This document shows, one piece after another, positions 42,229 to 57,220 of a stretch of DNA of 64,000 nt. The stretch's first letter is position 1; every line of letters starts with the position of its first letter. A model generated the notes under the pieces. The model made no database searches. It was given only the letters and a program-made list of their open reading frames with translations, and had not been told where the DNA came from. A program made the translations under genes and the position numbers. Origin of the DNA: Eledone cirrhosa (lineage: Eukaryota); assembly GCA_964016885.1 (NCBI GenBank), contig OZ024740.1, positions 98,208,001 through 98,272,000 on the forward strand, given 5' to 3'.

Positions 42229-42857
42229 TATATATATATATATAATATATATATTATGTCAGGTCACCAGTTGGTGCTACTGGTAACATGTATCCCAGTA
42301 CAACCTGTCCCATGGTCGGGTCGTTGGCGACTAAACTGGCAACCCCACCAAGGTTTCTTGGTGAGGAGGGTGACTTTGGACATCCTGCAGGACTAAAAAC
42401 AAAACCTGGCAAAGGAGCTCTTATGAGCCAATGGCCATCCAAAATCACCGGGAGAGATGACCCCTTAGCCTTTGTCAAGGCAGAATTCTAAGAGAAGGAA
42501 AACTCTGATATAACACCTGCAACCCTAATGGTATCCAATGATGTTGACTTATTCTTCTTTTTGGTAAATATCATCTTGGTTAAGAGAGTGGGACTGGCTT
42601 TGTGCAGTGCCTTTGCTCACTATAAAAGCTTCACGGCACAGGCATTGCTTTGTATCTGGAGATCTCTCTACACTTGTCGTCACATGGTACCAAGGGCCCA
42701 ACACTATGTGTCAATAATTGTCACAGGTGTAGTGTTTGTACCAGAGTTTTCAAGTCGCTGGCTGGACTAAAAGTCACACTTGTTTAGCGCATCGGTAGGG
42801 GTTCTCCTACATGGATATAAAGTAGTGGCCGTACTCGAAAACGAGTTGGCAGCCACC

Positions 42858-42984
<127 letters not shown>

Positions 42985-43055
42985 ATTGTTCTACCACCAA
43001 GTCACTCTATATTTATATATATATATATATGCATATGTATATATATATATATGTA

Positions 43056-43170
<115 letters not shown>

Positions 43171-43487
43171 GTGTATATATGACAGCGATGAATTTGTTTT
43201 GCAACGTTTTTGATATGAAATCGTGTGTCGAAACAAATATTGTCATACTTGGGGAGGTTTATATTGTTGTAATAATATTGCCAGAAATAATAGCAGAACA
43301 CACTCACTGTTTGGTTGGTTTTCGCTTCTGTATCTTTTATATCTCAATAGTTAATTCATTTGATCATCAATGTTTATCACAGATTGGCAAACCGTAAAAA
43401 ATACAGATATAATTACATATATATAGTCTAACAAAGTTCTTTCTTTATTTTATCTAGATAAAATAAAAATGGCGCAGACATTACAAT

Positions 43488-43560
<73 letters not shown>

Positions 43561-43904
43561 AAACATCACCGCTTAACATATAATTTCCATGCTTGCATAG
43601 GTTAAACAGGCAGTCAGATTATGACCCTAGAATGGCTATGTCCTATATTTTGTTGATATGATCAATTTCTGACTTGGATTTCTACATCTGGATGCACTTT
43701 CAATGAAAACCATATTACAGCCAGTACATGACCTTTTTGTGGTACCACAGCGAGCACCATACCTTACAGCATGAACTAGGTGCTTTTGTAGTGGCACCAG
43801 CATTACCACCATATAGAGTAGATTAGGTTATAAATGTGCATTGCATTGTCTGCTAGCTGTGACTGACACAGTTCCACTGTAACTGAACCCACATCTACAT
43901 TCTT

Positions 43905-44690
43905 CTTCTTCACCCAATTCTTCTTGAGAAGGATATGGGTGCAGAGTCCTCAAATACTCCTTCTAACGGGTTCTGTCAGAAAAAAGCCTGTCCAACTGAT
44001 CCAGCTCATGGATGTTATCCAACCATCTTGCTTTGAGTGTACCCTTGGTTCACCTGACGATTGGTCTTACCTGTAAAATCTGTCCTCTGATACTTTCCTG
44101 AGACATTCTAACTATGTGCTCATAGTATCAGAGCTGTGATCTCTCAATTCAGAGAAGTTGTAGCTCTACATGGAGTGACAATCTGATCTCCGAGCTATTC
44201 ACTCTATTGAGTAACGTTAATCCAATAACCGGATGGTCTACCAGAAAACTCTATTTGCTGATCTGAAGTGGGATTCCAGCTTAACCCCAAAGTCCTCCCA
44301 TGTCTTAACTTTGGACATCTTTACTATCTCTGCTGTGATTCTTTGTGCCTGCTTGTACTGCAAGAGCAAAAAGGAGGACACATTTCCAAGCCAAGCTTTG
44401 TAGGCCTCCTTCTTAGAGCAAGTGTCATATTTGACCACGTAATTGAACAAAGGGGTCCTCCTACCAATGGCACCCCGCCAAGACGTTTTCACCCACAGCA
44501 TTTAACAGCTGAAGCAGAAACTCCTGAGCTGAACAACCTCCACTCTCACTCAACATCCTCAGTTTGCTCAGGGAGTTCTCTGAGCAATCTGTAATCGTAT
44601 CTGCAAAACTGGTCCTGAATTCCATTATCCTGCAGGTCACCCAGGATCTGCTAGTTTTATGGGCTTCTTTACATGCTTGGATACAACCTG
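43905..44690 (-). mobile_element. Degenerate RTE fragments (Expander-like 3' end and upstream ORF2 pieces)
   Basis: 43905-44230 homologous to the reverse complement of ~19890-20230; ORF 44238..44501 KKEAYKAW..KTWEDFG..SANRVFW. Confidence 0.6.
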
Positions 44691-45034
44691 AGAGATATGT
44701 GACCATAAAATTGATGTTAAAATGTGGGTTGGCTTATAATTGGGGTCAATATTTTGACGATTTCCACCACCTCCAAATTCTACATAAGTAAGGTGCTAAA
44801 ATATCTGGAGTGATTATTTCACAATGAAACCTAGGTTCTCTACATTTACTGTATTTTTATGAGTTTTATTTATATATTTACTTGAGAATATTCCAAACAA
44901 ATTGTTATTGTTTGAACTCTTTAATTCAGAAATTCCCCTACAGCTATAAGCATACACACACGTACACATTCAAATAGATACATGCACCCGTTTTCTTTGT
45001 TACTTAATTATACCTTTTCTTTCAATCTTGTTTT

Positions 45035-45160
<126 letters not shown>

Positions 45161-45439
45161 TCATTTATAAAACATGAAATCGTAAAAAGAGTCATTTTGT
45201 AGTGGATTTGTGAAACAAAATCTAAATTCTAAATGACAGTTAAAACATTTTAAATATCAAAATATTAAAACTTCGTAAATATTTTCTTCAATCATGATAA
45301 TTTGAAAACTGCATCATAATATGTTGATTAGATGCCTTTCCTTATAAGCAGAATTTGGAATTTTGCCCTTCTTTCAGTCAAACAATAAGAGTTGGCTTAT
45401 ATTTGAATTGCTTTATACTCAAGTATATGCGGTATATAT

Positions 45440-45527
45440 ATATCTGAAGACCCTTCGAATGTAGAGTTGGGTTCGATCTGTAACAGATCTTGCCTCGAGC
45501 TGATCGACGGAGAAACATATGTAATAT
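45440..45527 (+). ncRNA. Type I HHR with extended stem II
   Basis: atat CTGAAGA cccttcga...tcgacgga GAAAC atat GTA atat; AATAAA follows. Confidence 0.65.
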
Positions 45528-45689
45528 GTTAATAAATTGTGATTTGATGCAACACTGATTCCTCGTTCTTTATGATATATATATATATGTGTGTGTCTGA
45601 GTTTATCAGTACCCAAGAGCTTGACCAGATTTACTATGCATGAAAGTCACTTCTATTCAACAATAACATCGCTTAGTTAAAAATATCTG

Positions 45690-46860
45690 ACCCTGTAGAC
45701 GCATACGATGAAGCAATGGGGTCATGTGACAGTGCGGATATATGTAATCTTGTTGGCTTATATATTCTCCATATGCTTAAACAGAAATTCCCTGTCCATA
45801 CCATCTGTATATAATGCGACGACAGTCTTTCTTTGGTCCTTGATCGCAATAGGTACATTCCGTAAAGTTCTGTTAAGCACTTTTGGTACCATAGGACTTA
45901 AAATCACAGTCGACATCAACATCATTAGTACAAACTTTCTTGAGGTCAACTTAGACAAACCAACAGATACATACAAACTCTATCATAATTCAAACAAGAG
46001 GTCGAAATACTTCAACAGAGAGACCTGACACCCACCTACGGTTTTTAAAAATCTAGTGCCCAATATTAACCATAGAATTTAAAGCATATCCAATAGAGAG
46101 ATATTTGCAAAGGCAGTGCTGTACTATAACAAGGCCCTCCAAGATAGTGGATTTAAGGAACAGATCAAATACATTATAATAGACACCAACCTAGAAATAA
46201 AAATAGAAAAATTATAATAATCTGGTTTGTGCCTCCTTTCGCATTAAATATAAAAACTAATGTAGCTAAGTAATTCTTAGACGTTATTGATAAGTACTTT
46301 AGCCCACAACATAGATACAGTAAGATCTTCAATCAACATTCAGTGAGACTTTCCTACTCTTGCAACCCATTCATGAAATCCAAAATGACTACAAAAAAAA
46401 ATACATAGACATCTAGGATGCTCTTGCAGGAAGAAAGATGACTGTCCATTAAAGCAAGACTGTAATGTTAAATCCATAAAATATAAAGCAGAGATCAAAT
46501 ACACAAATGCCAACAAGCTAAAGGCCTGCGAAAAATATGTAGGTATGGTCCAGGATCGTTTTAATCAAATATTCTACTTGCATCTCTCCTCGTTTAGACA
46601 TCCCGCCATGAAAACTACCACACCCCTGGCAAAAAGGGTATGGCAGCTAAAAGAAAAAGAAATACTGCATAACAACACGTGGAAAGTGTTTGAAATTACA
46701 TGCCATACAAAAGCAGAAGCAAGAAATGACCATAGAGTGTAAGTTAGAAATTCAGGATTTTACAGGGTTTATATTCACTGGATATATACCTCAACACAAA
46801 GACAGATTTTCAGAGCATGCTTTTATCGAAAGGTCCAATTTTAATCCAACTGGATGCCCA
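45690..46860 (+). pseudogene. Degenerate PLE ORF (RT C-half, linker, GIY-YIG)
   Basis: AMGSCDSADICNLVGLYIL; GLKITV..NFLEVNLD; HPP; IWFVPPF; KIFN..LSYSC; CSCRKKDDCPL..C; YVG; LAKRVWQLK; several stops and frameshifts. Confidence 0.85.
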
Positions 46861-46945
46861 CACCATAAGACACCCTCTCACCAGACATGGTGAATCCTCC
46901 ATAAAAATACCTCACCTCTACTACTCTTCAATATCCCCCACCCCC

Positions 46946-47010
46946 TCACACACACACAAAATCACGGCTTGTTGAAAGAGATCACAAGCCGTGATTTTGT
47001 GTGTGTGTGA
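46946..47010. repeat. Perfect hairpin (27-bp arms, 11-nt loop)
   Basis: TCACACACACACAAAATCACGGCTTGT / ACAAGCCGTGATTTTGTGTGTGTGTGA. Confidence 0.85.
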
Positions 47011-47110
47011 CCAACGATCACGCATACATTCAACAGAGTTTAAGTTTGGGGCAACATCAGTCATAGCACAAGTATTTTGAGTAAATATTTACATTTATGC
47101 ATATATATAT

Positions 47111-49115
47111 CATCATCATCAATATCATCATCGTTTAACATCCATCTTCCACGCTTGCATGGGTTTGGACGGGAATTTTCCCACTGAGGCAAGATTGGTT
47201 GTCTTGCTCGTATAGGACTGTCTGGCGGGTTTTCTATGGCTGGATACTCTTCCTAACACCAACCACGTTTACAGTGTGGACTGGGAGGTTTTTACCGTGT
47301 TATCTACACGGCCACATTACAGTGTGGACTGTGTGTTTTTTTTTGTCGTGACACCTACACGATCTCATTTATTTCGGGCTGGATGTTGTGGTACCAACAT
47401 AACTTTACATTGAAAGGGGTGGTGTGGATGGGGTGGGGGTAGTGGGACGGGGGTGTATTTTTGTTAGAGGTGCCTACTGACTGTAGGTTTCGATTTGTAC
47501 TTAGGCAAGGCGGGTCTTCTGTATTACTGTGTAGCGCCAAAGATCTCGGTCCAGTGACATTGTCTTGGAGAGGTGTAAGTGTGTGAGGTCGGAATTTATC
47601 AAGTCGTCCCAAGTTTTTCAGGGTCTGCCTACTCCGTGGCTACCGTCTATTTTTATCGCCCTGCACTTTTTTATACAGCTGTCGTCTTTCATGCGCATCA
47701 CGAGACCGTACCAACGTATACTTCTCTTGAGTAAACAAAATCTGATCCCTCTTATACCTAATTTCTCCCTTAGTTCGTTTATGCTTTGCCGTTCACGTAT
47801 ATTACTATTACACATCCAGCGGAGCATGCAAGCTTCGTTTCTCTCTTGTCTGCGTATATCCTCTGCACACAATGCCCAGGTCTCACTGCCATGCAACATT
47901 CCTGTTCGTATGCAGGCATCGTACAACCTGCCTTTCATTTTTAGGGAGAACCCTTTAGCGGCAAATAGTGGTATAAGCTCTCTGAACTTTTTCCATCCAG
48001 TTCTGACTCTAGCTACTGTACTTTCAGAGCACCCTCCCCCACTGCTGATTTTGTCACCCAGGTAACGGAAGCTGTCCACTATTTCTATAGAACCCTCTGC
48101 GCAGTTGAAAGAGCTAGTATTTAGTGGGCACTTGCTGCTACTTATTGCACCAGAGCACCGGCCACATGTAAAATCTATGTTCTTAGTTAGCTTACCTGTG
48201 ATCCCACTACATCTTTTATGCACCCATACTTTGCATTTGGGACACAAAATGGAGTTTCTACCTACGCCTTTCCTACACACTGAGCATGGCCACTTCCCGG
48301 AAGGGACCGCCGCCTTATTTTCTTTCTTACAAACTAGAACTTTAGTCTTAGCCAGGTTAATTTTAAGGCCTTTTGATTCTAGGCCGTGCTTCCATGTTTG
48401 GAATTTCTTCTCTAGCTCGGCCATTGATTCAGCTATGAGTGTTAGGTCATCTGCGTATAGGAGTTCCCATGGGCAACCGGTCTTGAACTCCTCTGTTATA
48501 GCCTGAAGGGCAATAATAAATAGTAGGGGGCTGAGAACAGAGCCCTGATGGACGCCAACTTTTACGCTAAACTCTTCACTATATTCGTTGTTAATTCTAA
48601 TCTTGCTGACTGTTTCTTTATACATGGCTTGTATAGCTCTCACAGGCCATTCGTCATCACCTAGTTTTCTAAGAGCCCACCAGATAATGGAACGGGGGAC
48701 TCTGTCGAAGGCTTTCTCCAAGTCGACAAAAGCTAAGTATAGGGGTTTACTTTTAGTTAGGTACTTCTCCTGTAGTTGTCGTACAATGAAAAGAGCGTCT
48801 GTGGTACTTTTTCCTGACACAAACCCGAACTGCATTTCATCTAGATCAATTTGCTCTCTGATTAATTGCGCTATTACTTTTTCTGTGACCTTCATGACCT
48901 GGTCAATTAATTTAATGCCTCTATAGTTACTCCTATCTAGGGCATCTCTTTTACCCATGTAGCAGTTAATGATGATGCTGCTACCCAGTCCTTCGTAACG
49001 ACCGCATTCTGTATGACTTGATTTACTATCCGGGTGACCATGGTGTGTCCCACCGTTCCCGATGCTTTCAGCATTTCAGCAACTATTTCCGAAGGCCCAG
49101 CCGCCTTACCCGTCT
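47111..49115 (-). mobile_element. RTE LINE, 5'-truncated, ~2 kb
   Basis: RT ORF, 3' UTR and (GAT)n tail; (TA)n at both ends. Confidence 0.95.
47618..48958 (-). pseudogene. RTE reverse transcriptase frame (truncated ORF2, premature stop)
   Basis: QFGF, AFVDLEKAFD, GVHQGSVLSPLLF, YADD, FRYLG. Confidence 0.9.
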
Positions 49116-50407
49116 ATATATATATATATATATATATATACAAATATTGAACTCTCAAATAAGACACAGAATTGACTAGAGAAAAGGTCACATTAAAATA
49201 AAGGAATCTTATATGCGTATCATTTCAGAGGCAAAATTCATTGTCGAGCGATCTAAATACATAGGGCTTAACAAATATTTTTCCTCTAACTGCAGTTTCA
49301 CAAGCGATATTATTGAATGAGCTGTCATGTATATTGCTGACTAACTTTCAAATATATATTGTAAATTGCTACTCCTAAAATGTTGAGTTGATAGACGTTT
49401 TTAAATTGACTGCTACTTCTAGTAAAAATTTGTTCTCGTCACCTAATCAGTATAATACAAACGTTAATTTAGCGTATGAAACTGCATGTAGAGGAAAAAA
49501 ATTCGACATGAATTTTTACTCTCGAATGTGTCATTACTTATTGACTAAAAGGATAGAGTATTTATCCAGAAGTGTTTATGTCTGTGGTGGTAGGTGGGTG
49601 TTTGGTTTTTAGTGACCAAAACTGGAGTATATATTTTGTGCTATATATATTTGAAGTATATATGTGGGCATGGTTTACATATCTTATCCCTCAAGTTGAG
49701 GCATGAGAGAAGTCCAGTGTATTTTTCATTATAATCCAACTCTCGGTGTCAAAAAACCCACACCTATTAGAAACAATGATGCCAGGTCTATATCTTTTCA
49801 CTATCTTCCAACTGATGTTGTAATCAGTAGAACTCTGTTTCAGCTTTCATATATGGCTGGAGAGTTTAGTCATGTTCTTTTACTCATGTTTCCAGAATGT
49901 CTCTATATGTTTGTAAGACCAATTACCACTTCACTTGAGATTGGTGGTGCAGTCTGGGTTTAATGATTTGTCTGTTGCATCATAAACTCTGGCCTCTGTC
50001 TAACATCCCCCTCTAGAGAGCTTGCATTTCTTTTATGAGCATCTGACTAGTTTGGGTAATGATGGGGCATTGCGGTAAAACTGACTTTAAGATTGTGTCT
50101 ATTGAATTCTTTCCTCTAAGGGTGATTAGTTGAGAAGTGTTTCTATGTAGAACTAGGAAATCTCTGCCAATGTTGCTCTTGATGTTCAATGAAAAGGGTG
50201 GTGTGAACCAGATTTGTCTTCAGGCTATGGCACTCTTTGGACTTGCTAGTTTAGAGCTAATCCACTTCCTAAATCTGCTGACTTCTAATGCTCTGGATGG
50301 TGCTTTGTCAAAAATGTCTTTATATCATCATTATCATCATCATCTACGTTTAACGTCCCTTTTCCACGCTAGCAGTATATATATACATATATATACATAT
50401 ATATATG

Positions 50408-50442
<35 letters not shown>

Positions 50443-50505
50443 GTATATATATATGTCCATTACAAACTGATGACCCGCTCGTAACCACTTATATATATAT
50501 ATGTA

Positions 50506-51236
<731 letters not shown>

Positions 51237-51278
51237 ATATATATGTGTGTGTGTGTGTGTATGTATATGTGTGTGTGT

Positions 51279-51668
51279 GAAGGCGCATGGCCTAGTGGTT
51301 AGAGCACTGGGCTTGCAAATGAAAGGTTGTGAGTTCAATTCTCGGACCGGGTGATGTGTTGTTTCCTTGAGTAAGGCTGTTTATTTCACATTGCTCCAGT
51401 TTACTCAGCTGAAGAAATGAGATGATAGGACTGGGGTCCCTATCATCCCACTGCAAAGTAGTCCTGGATGTGCTACGGCAAAAAAGCACCCAGCAATCAC
51501 TGTAAATGAGGTTGGTGTTAGGAAGGGTATCCAGCTGTAGAAATCAAGCCAGATTCAGTTCGAGTATGAGCAAGACAAGGTTAGCCGACCGTCCACTGCC
51601 CACAACAGGACAACCCGTCTAACCCATGGTAGCGTGGAAGAACGAACGTAAAACGGTGATGATGATGA
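51279..51668 (+). mobile_element. CORE-type SINE with RTE-like tail
   Basis: GGCGCATGGCCTAGTGGTTAGAGC..GAGTTCAATTC..tail..(GAT)n. Confidence 0.8.
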
Positions 51669-51791
51669 TATATATATATATAGCGAATAACTATGTTTAT
51701 ACTCTGGGAACGTATTTAACATTAGCTATTGAGTATGCTGAGATGCACCCGGTCCTAGCAGTGATCCCCATGCTTCTTCCATCAACTTATT

Positions 51792-51841
<50 letters not shown>

Positions 51842-52119
51842 TTACTTTGTAGAGTGCGCGTATTTATATTCTTCAGTGTGCATAAATGAATGATGTGTGT
51901 GATTCTATAAGTGAGTCTGTGTAATGTGTGACTCTATACAAGTGACACTATGGCCTATGTACTTATATTAACCATACTGGTAATAATTTATGTTCCCACT
52001 ATCACAGTAATTTTATTAAAGCTATGCTGGAAAGATAATATAGTTCATTGAAGGAATTTGCAATTAAAAGTCAAGTTTGTAGCATACGATCAATGAATGG
52101 AATATAATATATAATGTTC

Positions 52120-53120
52120 AGAGCTACTACCGCTGCTAACTTTAAAAAGATTTCCCCCAAAATGAAGGGAAGATTGTATGATGCATGTATATGAACAGCA
52201 ATGTTGCATCGTAGTGAGGCCTGGGCACAGTGTGCAGAGGAGCTATGAAGATTGGAAAGATGTGAAGCTGGCATGCTTCGATGGATGTGCAAAAGTAATA
52301 TACATGAATGGCAAAGTATAAATGAACTGAGTGAAAAACTGGGCATAAGAGGGATCAGATGCAGTGTGTAAAAGTGGAGAATATGTTGATATGAACATGT
52401 GATGTGCATAAAGGATGAGAGCTTTATAAAAAAGTGCAGGGCACTCAAAGTTGATGGAAGCTATGGTGTAGGAAGAATTACAAAGAATTGGGGTGAGGTG
52501 ATAAAAGCTGACCTTGCACAATTGCACCTCTTTAGTCGATGACACAGTATCGAGATCTCTGGCATTATGCAGTTATACAGAAGAACTATCTTCTCATGTG
52601 CACATGTTGAAGCATACATCTTGTTTGTAGTTCCTTCTCATCCCCTTTTCCATTTACCCCATCATCCTAACACGCCACCCTTTATCCATGTCCTTACACC
52701 CCACCCTTCTCCAGATAAGTACTCCACCCTAATTCTGCTTAACCAATCCCCATGTACCTCCCACACTGCAGTCCCCAGTCCACACTCTAAAGAGGTCGTT
52801 TTGGTGCCACGGTAACAAATACCCAGTCCACAAGGTAAAGTGATTATGTTGGTGCCATGACAAAAAGCACCCAGCCCACACTCTAAAGTGGTCATGTAGG
52901 TGTGACAATTAGCAGCTAGTTCACTCTGTAAAGTGGTCGTGTAGGTGACAAAACGCACCTTATCCACACTATAAATGTGGTTGGCATTAGGAAGGGCATC
53001 CAGCCACAGAAACCAAGCCAGAAGATTTGTACAAGCAACACAAGGTCATCTTATCTGGATTGTCTCATAGCGAGAAAACTCATCTAATCCATGCTAACGT
53101 GGAAGAATGGACTTTAACCA
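52120..53120 (+). mobile_element. Degenerate RTE 3' end with ~5 tandem ~43-bp UTR units
   Basis: KGRLYDAC..SEAWA..LRWMC; CCCAGTCCACAC..AAAGTGGTCGT units at 52770-52980. Confidence 0.75.
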
Positions 53121-54664
53121 GTGATTTTATGACAATAGCTACGAAGATTGTAACCCAAATAGATTGGCTGTAAATTAACATCATATATGGGTGTATGTTG
53201 TTGTCATTTAGTCCCAGGTCAGCTTTGATTAAGAAAATTATTCACTATAATCAAAACGATTCTAGTAATCACCAACCCATTTTTGTATTCTTTTTTTAGA
53301 AGTAGTGTTTCTTATACATTCTTACTTTTTACGAAGACATCTGGTAAAATGAGTGATATTTGTCTTTTATTTCTAGCAGTTTGTCGGACTCTACGCACGT
53401 CTATGCATGACCTCTTGTTGCCTCATACAGAAATATTTATGATTCATTGACTTGAACAAAATAGTTTATTCTTGATAGACTTGCTGGTCTGAGTATACTT
53501 CTGCTTGTGAGAACATTACTTTTGGTAGACTGATATTTCCCTTGGAGAGTTTTAACTCTTATCCGTTTAATAGTACAATAAACAGAATTAAGGATTGGTC
53601 CAATGCTTTGTGAAATGATTAGCTGTATTTCTAAGACCAAATTAAAATTCTCCTATATAAATTGAATTCTATGAGGTATTTACATTCCGATAAAAGAAAC
53701 CTTTACTACATCTCTATCAAAATAGAGGAAGATTTTAATAACAACAATAAAGAGAAATCAACACAACCAATACAACATTTGTAAGTTGATTGCATGCTTA
53801 CTTTTTTATAAACCAAACTTGCATCTCAGCATGACAAGTCATACCTCCATATTATTAGTTTAGATTCTATGCGTCACTCCCGAAAATTTAGTCAATATGA
53901 GTGTATATACATACACGCACACACATACATACATACATACATATATACATACATACATACATACATACATACATACATACATACATACATACATACATAC
54001 ATACATACATACATAGGTGCATACATACATGATGAACAAACCAAAATAATAAAGCGTAGAAAGACTTGTCAACCTCATTATATTGGTGCTGCAATAAAAT
54101 GCCCCCAGGGCACTCAGTAAAGGAGGAGTGTTGATGCTATGATAAAAAGCACCTGATACATTCTGTCCTGTTAATACTGCTGCTACAATAAAATGCCTCT
54201 AAAACCCATGTAAAGTAGTAGTGCCGGTGCTGTGATAAAATGCGGCCAGTATACATACAAGGGTCATAATATTAGGAATAGCATCGATCTATCAAAGCTA
54301 AACCAAAATATGGAATATGCGAACAATATGCAATTCTCTGACATGCCTAGTTTGAGGCCATGAGGCTATTCTGAACAATGCCAGCATGAAAATCAGAGCT
54401 AAAATCATGATGATGATGGCTAAACACCTTTCCTTCACATACAATGTCAGTTATATTCTGTTGTACAATATAGTACCCTCACATACATACAGAAATATGT
54501 ATATATAATACATTTATATTATAGATGTATACGGTATGTGTGTGTACATCCACGCTGAGAAGAGTGCAATAGATGTAAGTAGTAAGTGCATGCCCAAGAG
54601 ATAACAAAATTAAAAGAGACATATCAGGAGTCTGTCCAGAGCTGTTTTGTGATATCTCAAATGA

Positions 54665-54945
54665 TAGTGGTTACATGTTGCATCGTGGTAAGTGTGCTGG
54701 ACTTACGATCATACTGTTGTGGTCTCAATTCCTGCACTTGATTGTGTGTTGTGTTCTTGAGCAAAACACTTCATTTCACATTGCTTCAGTATACTCAACT
54801 GAAAACAAGTACCAGCAATAGCTGGAGTGTAACGCTGCAATCGACTGGCATCCTGTTCAGTGAGGATTTGTGTACTCTCAGTCACTTAACGCCATGGAAA
54901 CGTTGGATAAGCCTTGGCCTGATGAGCCTCCAGGGTTGAGACAGA
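54665..54945 (+). mobile_element. Degenerate CORE-type SINE (different tail)
   Basis: TGTGTTGTGTTCTTGAGCAAAACACTTCATTTCACATTGCT core. Confidence 0.6.
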
Positions 54946-55244
54946 GTTTAGACTATTAGAAATGTTAGAACTAGTTTTGACATAAACATTTCTAAATAAT
55001 AACAATATTTCAAAAATATGCTTCACCGACAGTTTTAGACTTTATCATTTTACTGGTTTCAGTCATTAGATTATAGAGTTGTTGGGGCATTACTTTCAAA
55101 GAATTGGATCAATCATATTTCTTTCAAGGTAGGTACTTATTTTATCAGTCATTATTTGTTCAGCCACTAAGTTGTAAGATATAACACAAACATGGATAGA
55201 TACATAACACAAACATAAAACTAACCCATGCTAGCATGGAAAAC

Positions 55245-56168
55245 ATCATCATCATATATCCACTTTTCCCTGCTTCCCTGGGATGGTTCTTATTAAGCAC
55301 GGCATCTCTCCATTCATCATGGTCCTTTGTCATTTCCTCCATGAGCTTCAGCGATCTGAGTTCTGCTCTCATCACCTTTGCCCATCTTTTTCGTGGTCTT
55401 CCTCGACTGCGTCTTCCTTCTACTGGGATTTCTTGGCACTTCTTTACCCAGCGGTTATCCTCCATGCACATCACATGTCCATACCAATGCAGCCTTCTCT
55501 CCTGCACACTACAGCCTTTCCCTCTTATATACAGTTTTGTTCTCAACTCGTCTATGCTTAACATTGCACATCCATCAGAGCATGCCTGCTTCATTTCACT
55601 CCATCCGTCACATATCTTCCACAGTTGCTGCCCATGTCCCACTACGATGCAGCATCGCGCTTCTAACACAGTCATCATATAACTGGCCATTTGTTTGTTG
55701 GGAGAAACCCTTCTTTGTCAACAGAGGAAGCAACACCCTAAACTTCTTCCAACCCATCCTTATACTGGATACTATGGCCTCGGAGCCCCCTCCTCCCTTA
55801 CTAATCTGATGACCTAGGTATCGGAAGCTATCAACCACCTCTATAAGTCGTACCCGCATTTAAAAAATGTGTCTATCACTGCAACTTTTACTGTCAAATT
55901 TCCCTGTACATCTACTGGATATATAGTTTTCGTTACCTGTTAGCTTGCCTATTATCCCACTACATCTCTTGTGTACCCAAGATCTGCATTGTGTACATTT
56001 TGTAGAATTTATGCCAATTCCTTTCCTACATATTGAACATGGCCATTTCCCTTATGGAATCAGAGTTTTGTCCTCTTTCGTACTTATCAACACCTTTGTC
56101 TTAGCTAGGTTTAATCTCACTCATCTTGATTCTAGCTGCTGTTTCCATCGCCAGAATTTATTCTCTAA
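55245..56168 (-). mobile_element. RTE LINE 3' fragment (second subfamily)
   Basis: GKWPCSICRKG, FRYLG, WYGHV, RGRPRKRW. Confidence 0.85.
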
Positions 56169-56611
56169 ATGTATGTTAAATGGTGATGATGATGATGATA
56201 ATATATATGTGTGTGTGTGTATCTGTTTATATCTGGGAACGGGTTGTTTGAATTACAGATATAGTCCCTCCAAATGAGCACACCTACTTAATTAACTCAC
56301 AAGACATGAGTTGACCTGAGACTATGATAAATGAAACATGCCCAAGATGTCATGCAGTGAAATCAAACAAAGAAACTAATGATTGCAAAGTAAACTCTTT
56401 AACTTTTTGGCCATGCTGCATCTACATTATAGCTGAATTCTTTTATTGATACAATAAAAGATGCCTTTTGCCAGATTTGTACAATAATAACACTACTGAA
56501 TATTAGATGAAGATTTCTTTGCATCTTTCATGTTTTCTTTTTAAATATTCATAAAAATTACTTTCTTGTGAAGTATAATTTTTTCTTAATGATAAAATAT
56601 CAAATAATCAA

Positions 56612-57220
56612 ATGGAAAAAATGAAATTTCATTTCTCACTCTTAGTACGGCTGATACTTAAATACAAGTATGTATACGTACATACATATATGTATACAGA
56701 GGTACAGTAGTATGTATATATATATACATACATGCACACATATATATACATACGTATGGGTTTACCGAACATTTATTGTAATGTTCGGTTTGTTTGTAAA
56801 CAAACAAACAGCCCGAATGAAGCCGTCTAGTGTTCGGCAACTATCGTTGCGCTTTTGTTTAACACTGACAAACGAACGATGAACTAGTTTCTAGCTTATT
56901 AGCTGTCATCAGCACCGTAAACGTTCATGTCAGTCAATTAAATGTTTGAAAGTATATACTTTCCTTATGCATATTAATGGCTGAGCAGCCTAATTTGCAT
57001 ATCGAGTGAATTAGTCGGCCGGGTGTACCTAAAACGATAAATGGAAAAAATGAAATTTAATTTCTCACTCTTAGTATGGCTGATACTTAAATACAAGTAT
57101 GTATACGTACATACATATATGTATACAGGCGTACAGTAGTATGTATATACATACATGCACACATATATATACGTACGTATGGGTTTACCGAACATTTATT
57201 ATAATGTTCGGTTTGTTTGT
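56612..57220 (-). mobile_element. Family C HHR repeat, ~1.4 units (429-bp period), probable 12-bp TSD
   Basis: ATGGAAAAAATGAAATTT at 56612 and 57041; ATCAAATAATCA (56599-56610) versus ATCAAATATTCA (57221-57232). Confidence 0.8.
56876..56918 (-). ncRNA. Minimal type I HHR (family C)
   Basis: acggtg CTGATGA c agc-taataa-gct a GAAAC ta GTT catcgt. Confidence 0.85.

Noticed and set aside
42258-42400. Possible HDV-like or twister ribozyme in the putative RTE leader (stems TACTGG/CCAGTA, GTCG/CGAC, CTAA, GTCCCA, GGAGGG)
   Set aside because: Could not fit the HDV L3/P1.1 or the twister UAA/pseudoknot by hand; needs a covariance-model search
44688-44842. GAAAC ctag GTT half-hammerhead (similar half motif at 43181-43246)
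   Set aside because: 5' core or stem I is missing or corrupted; at most decayed relics
47565-48926. Plus-strand ORFs over RTE copies (also 59018..59518, 60593..61039, 62128..62892)
   Set aside because: Antisense shadows of the RT frame
52770-52980. Repeat array superficially CRISPR-like
   Set aside because: Degenerate tandem RTE 3' UTR units, no unique spacers, no cas genes, eukaryotic context
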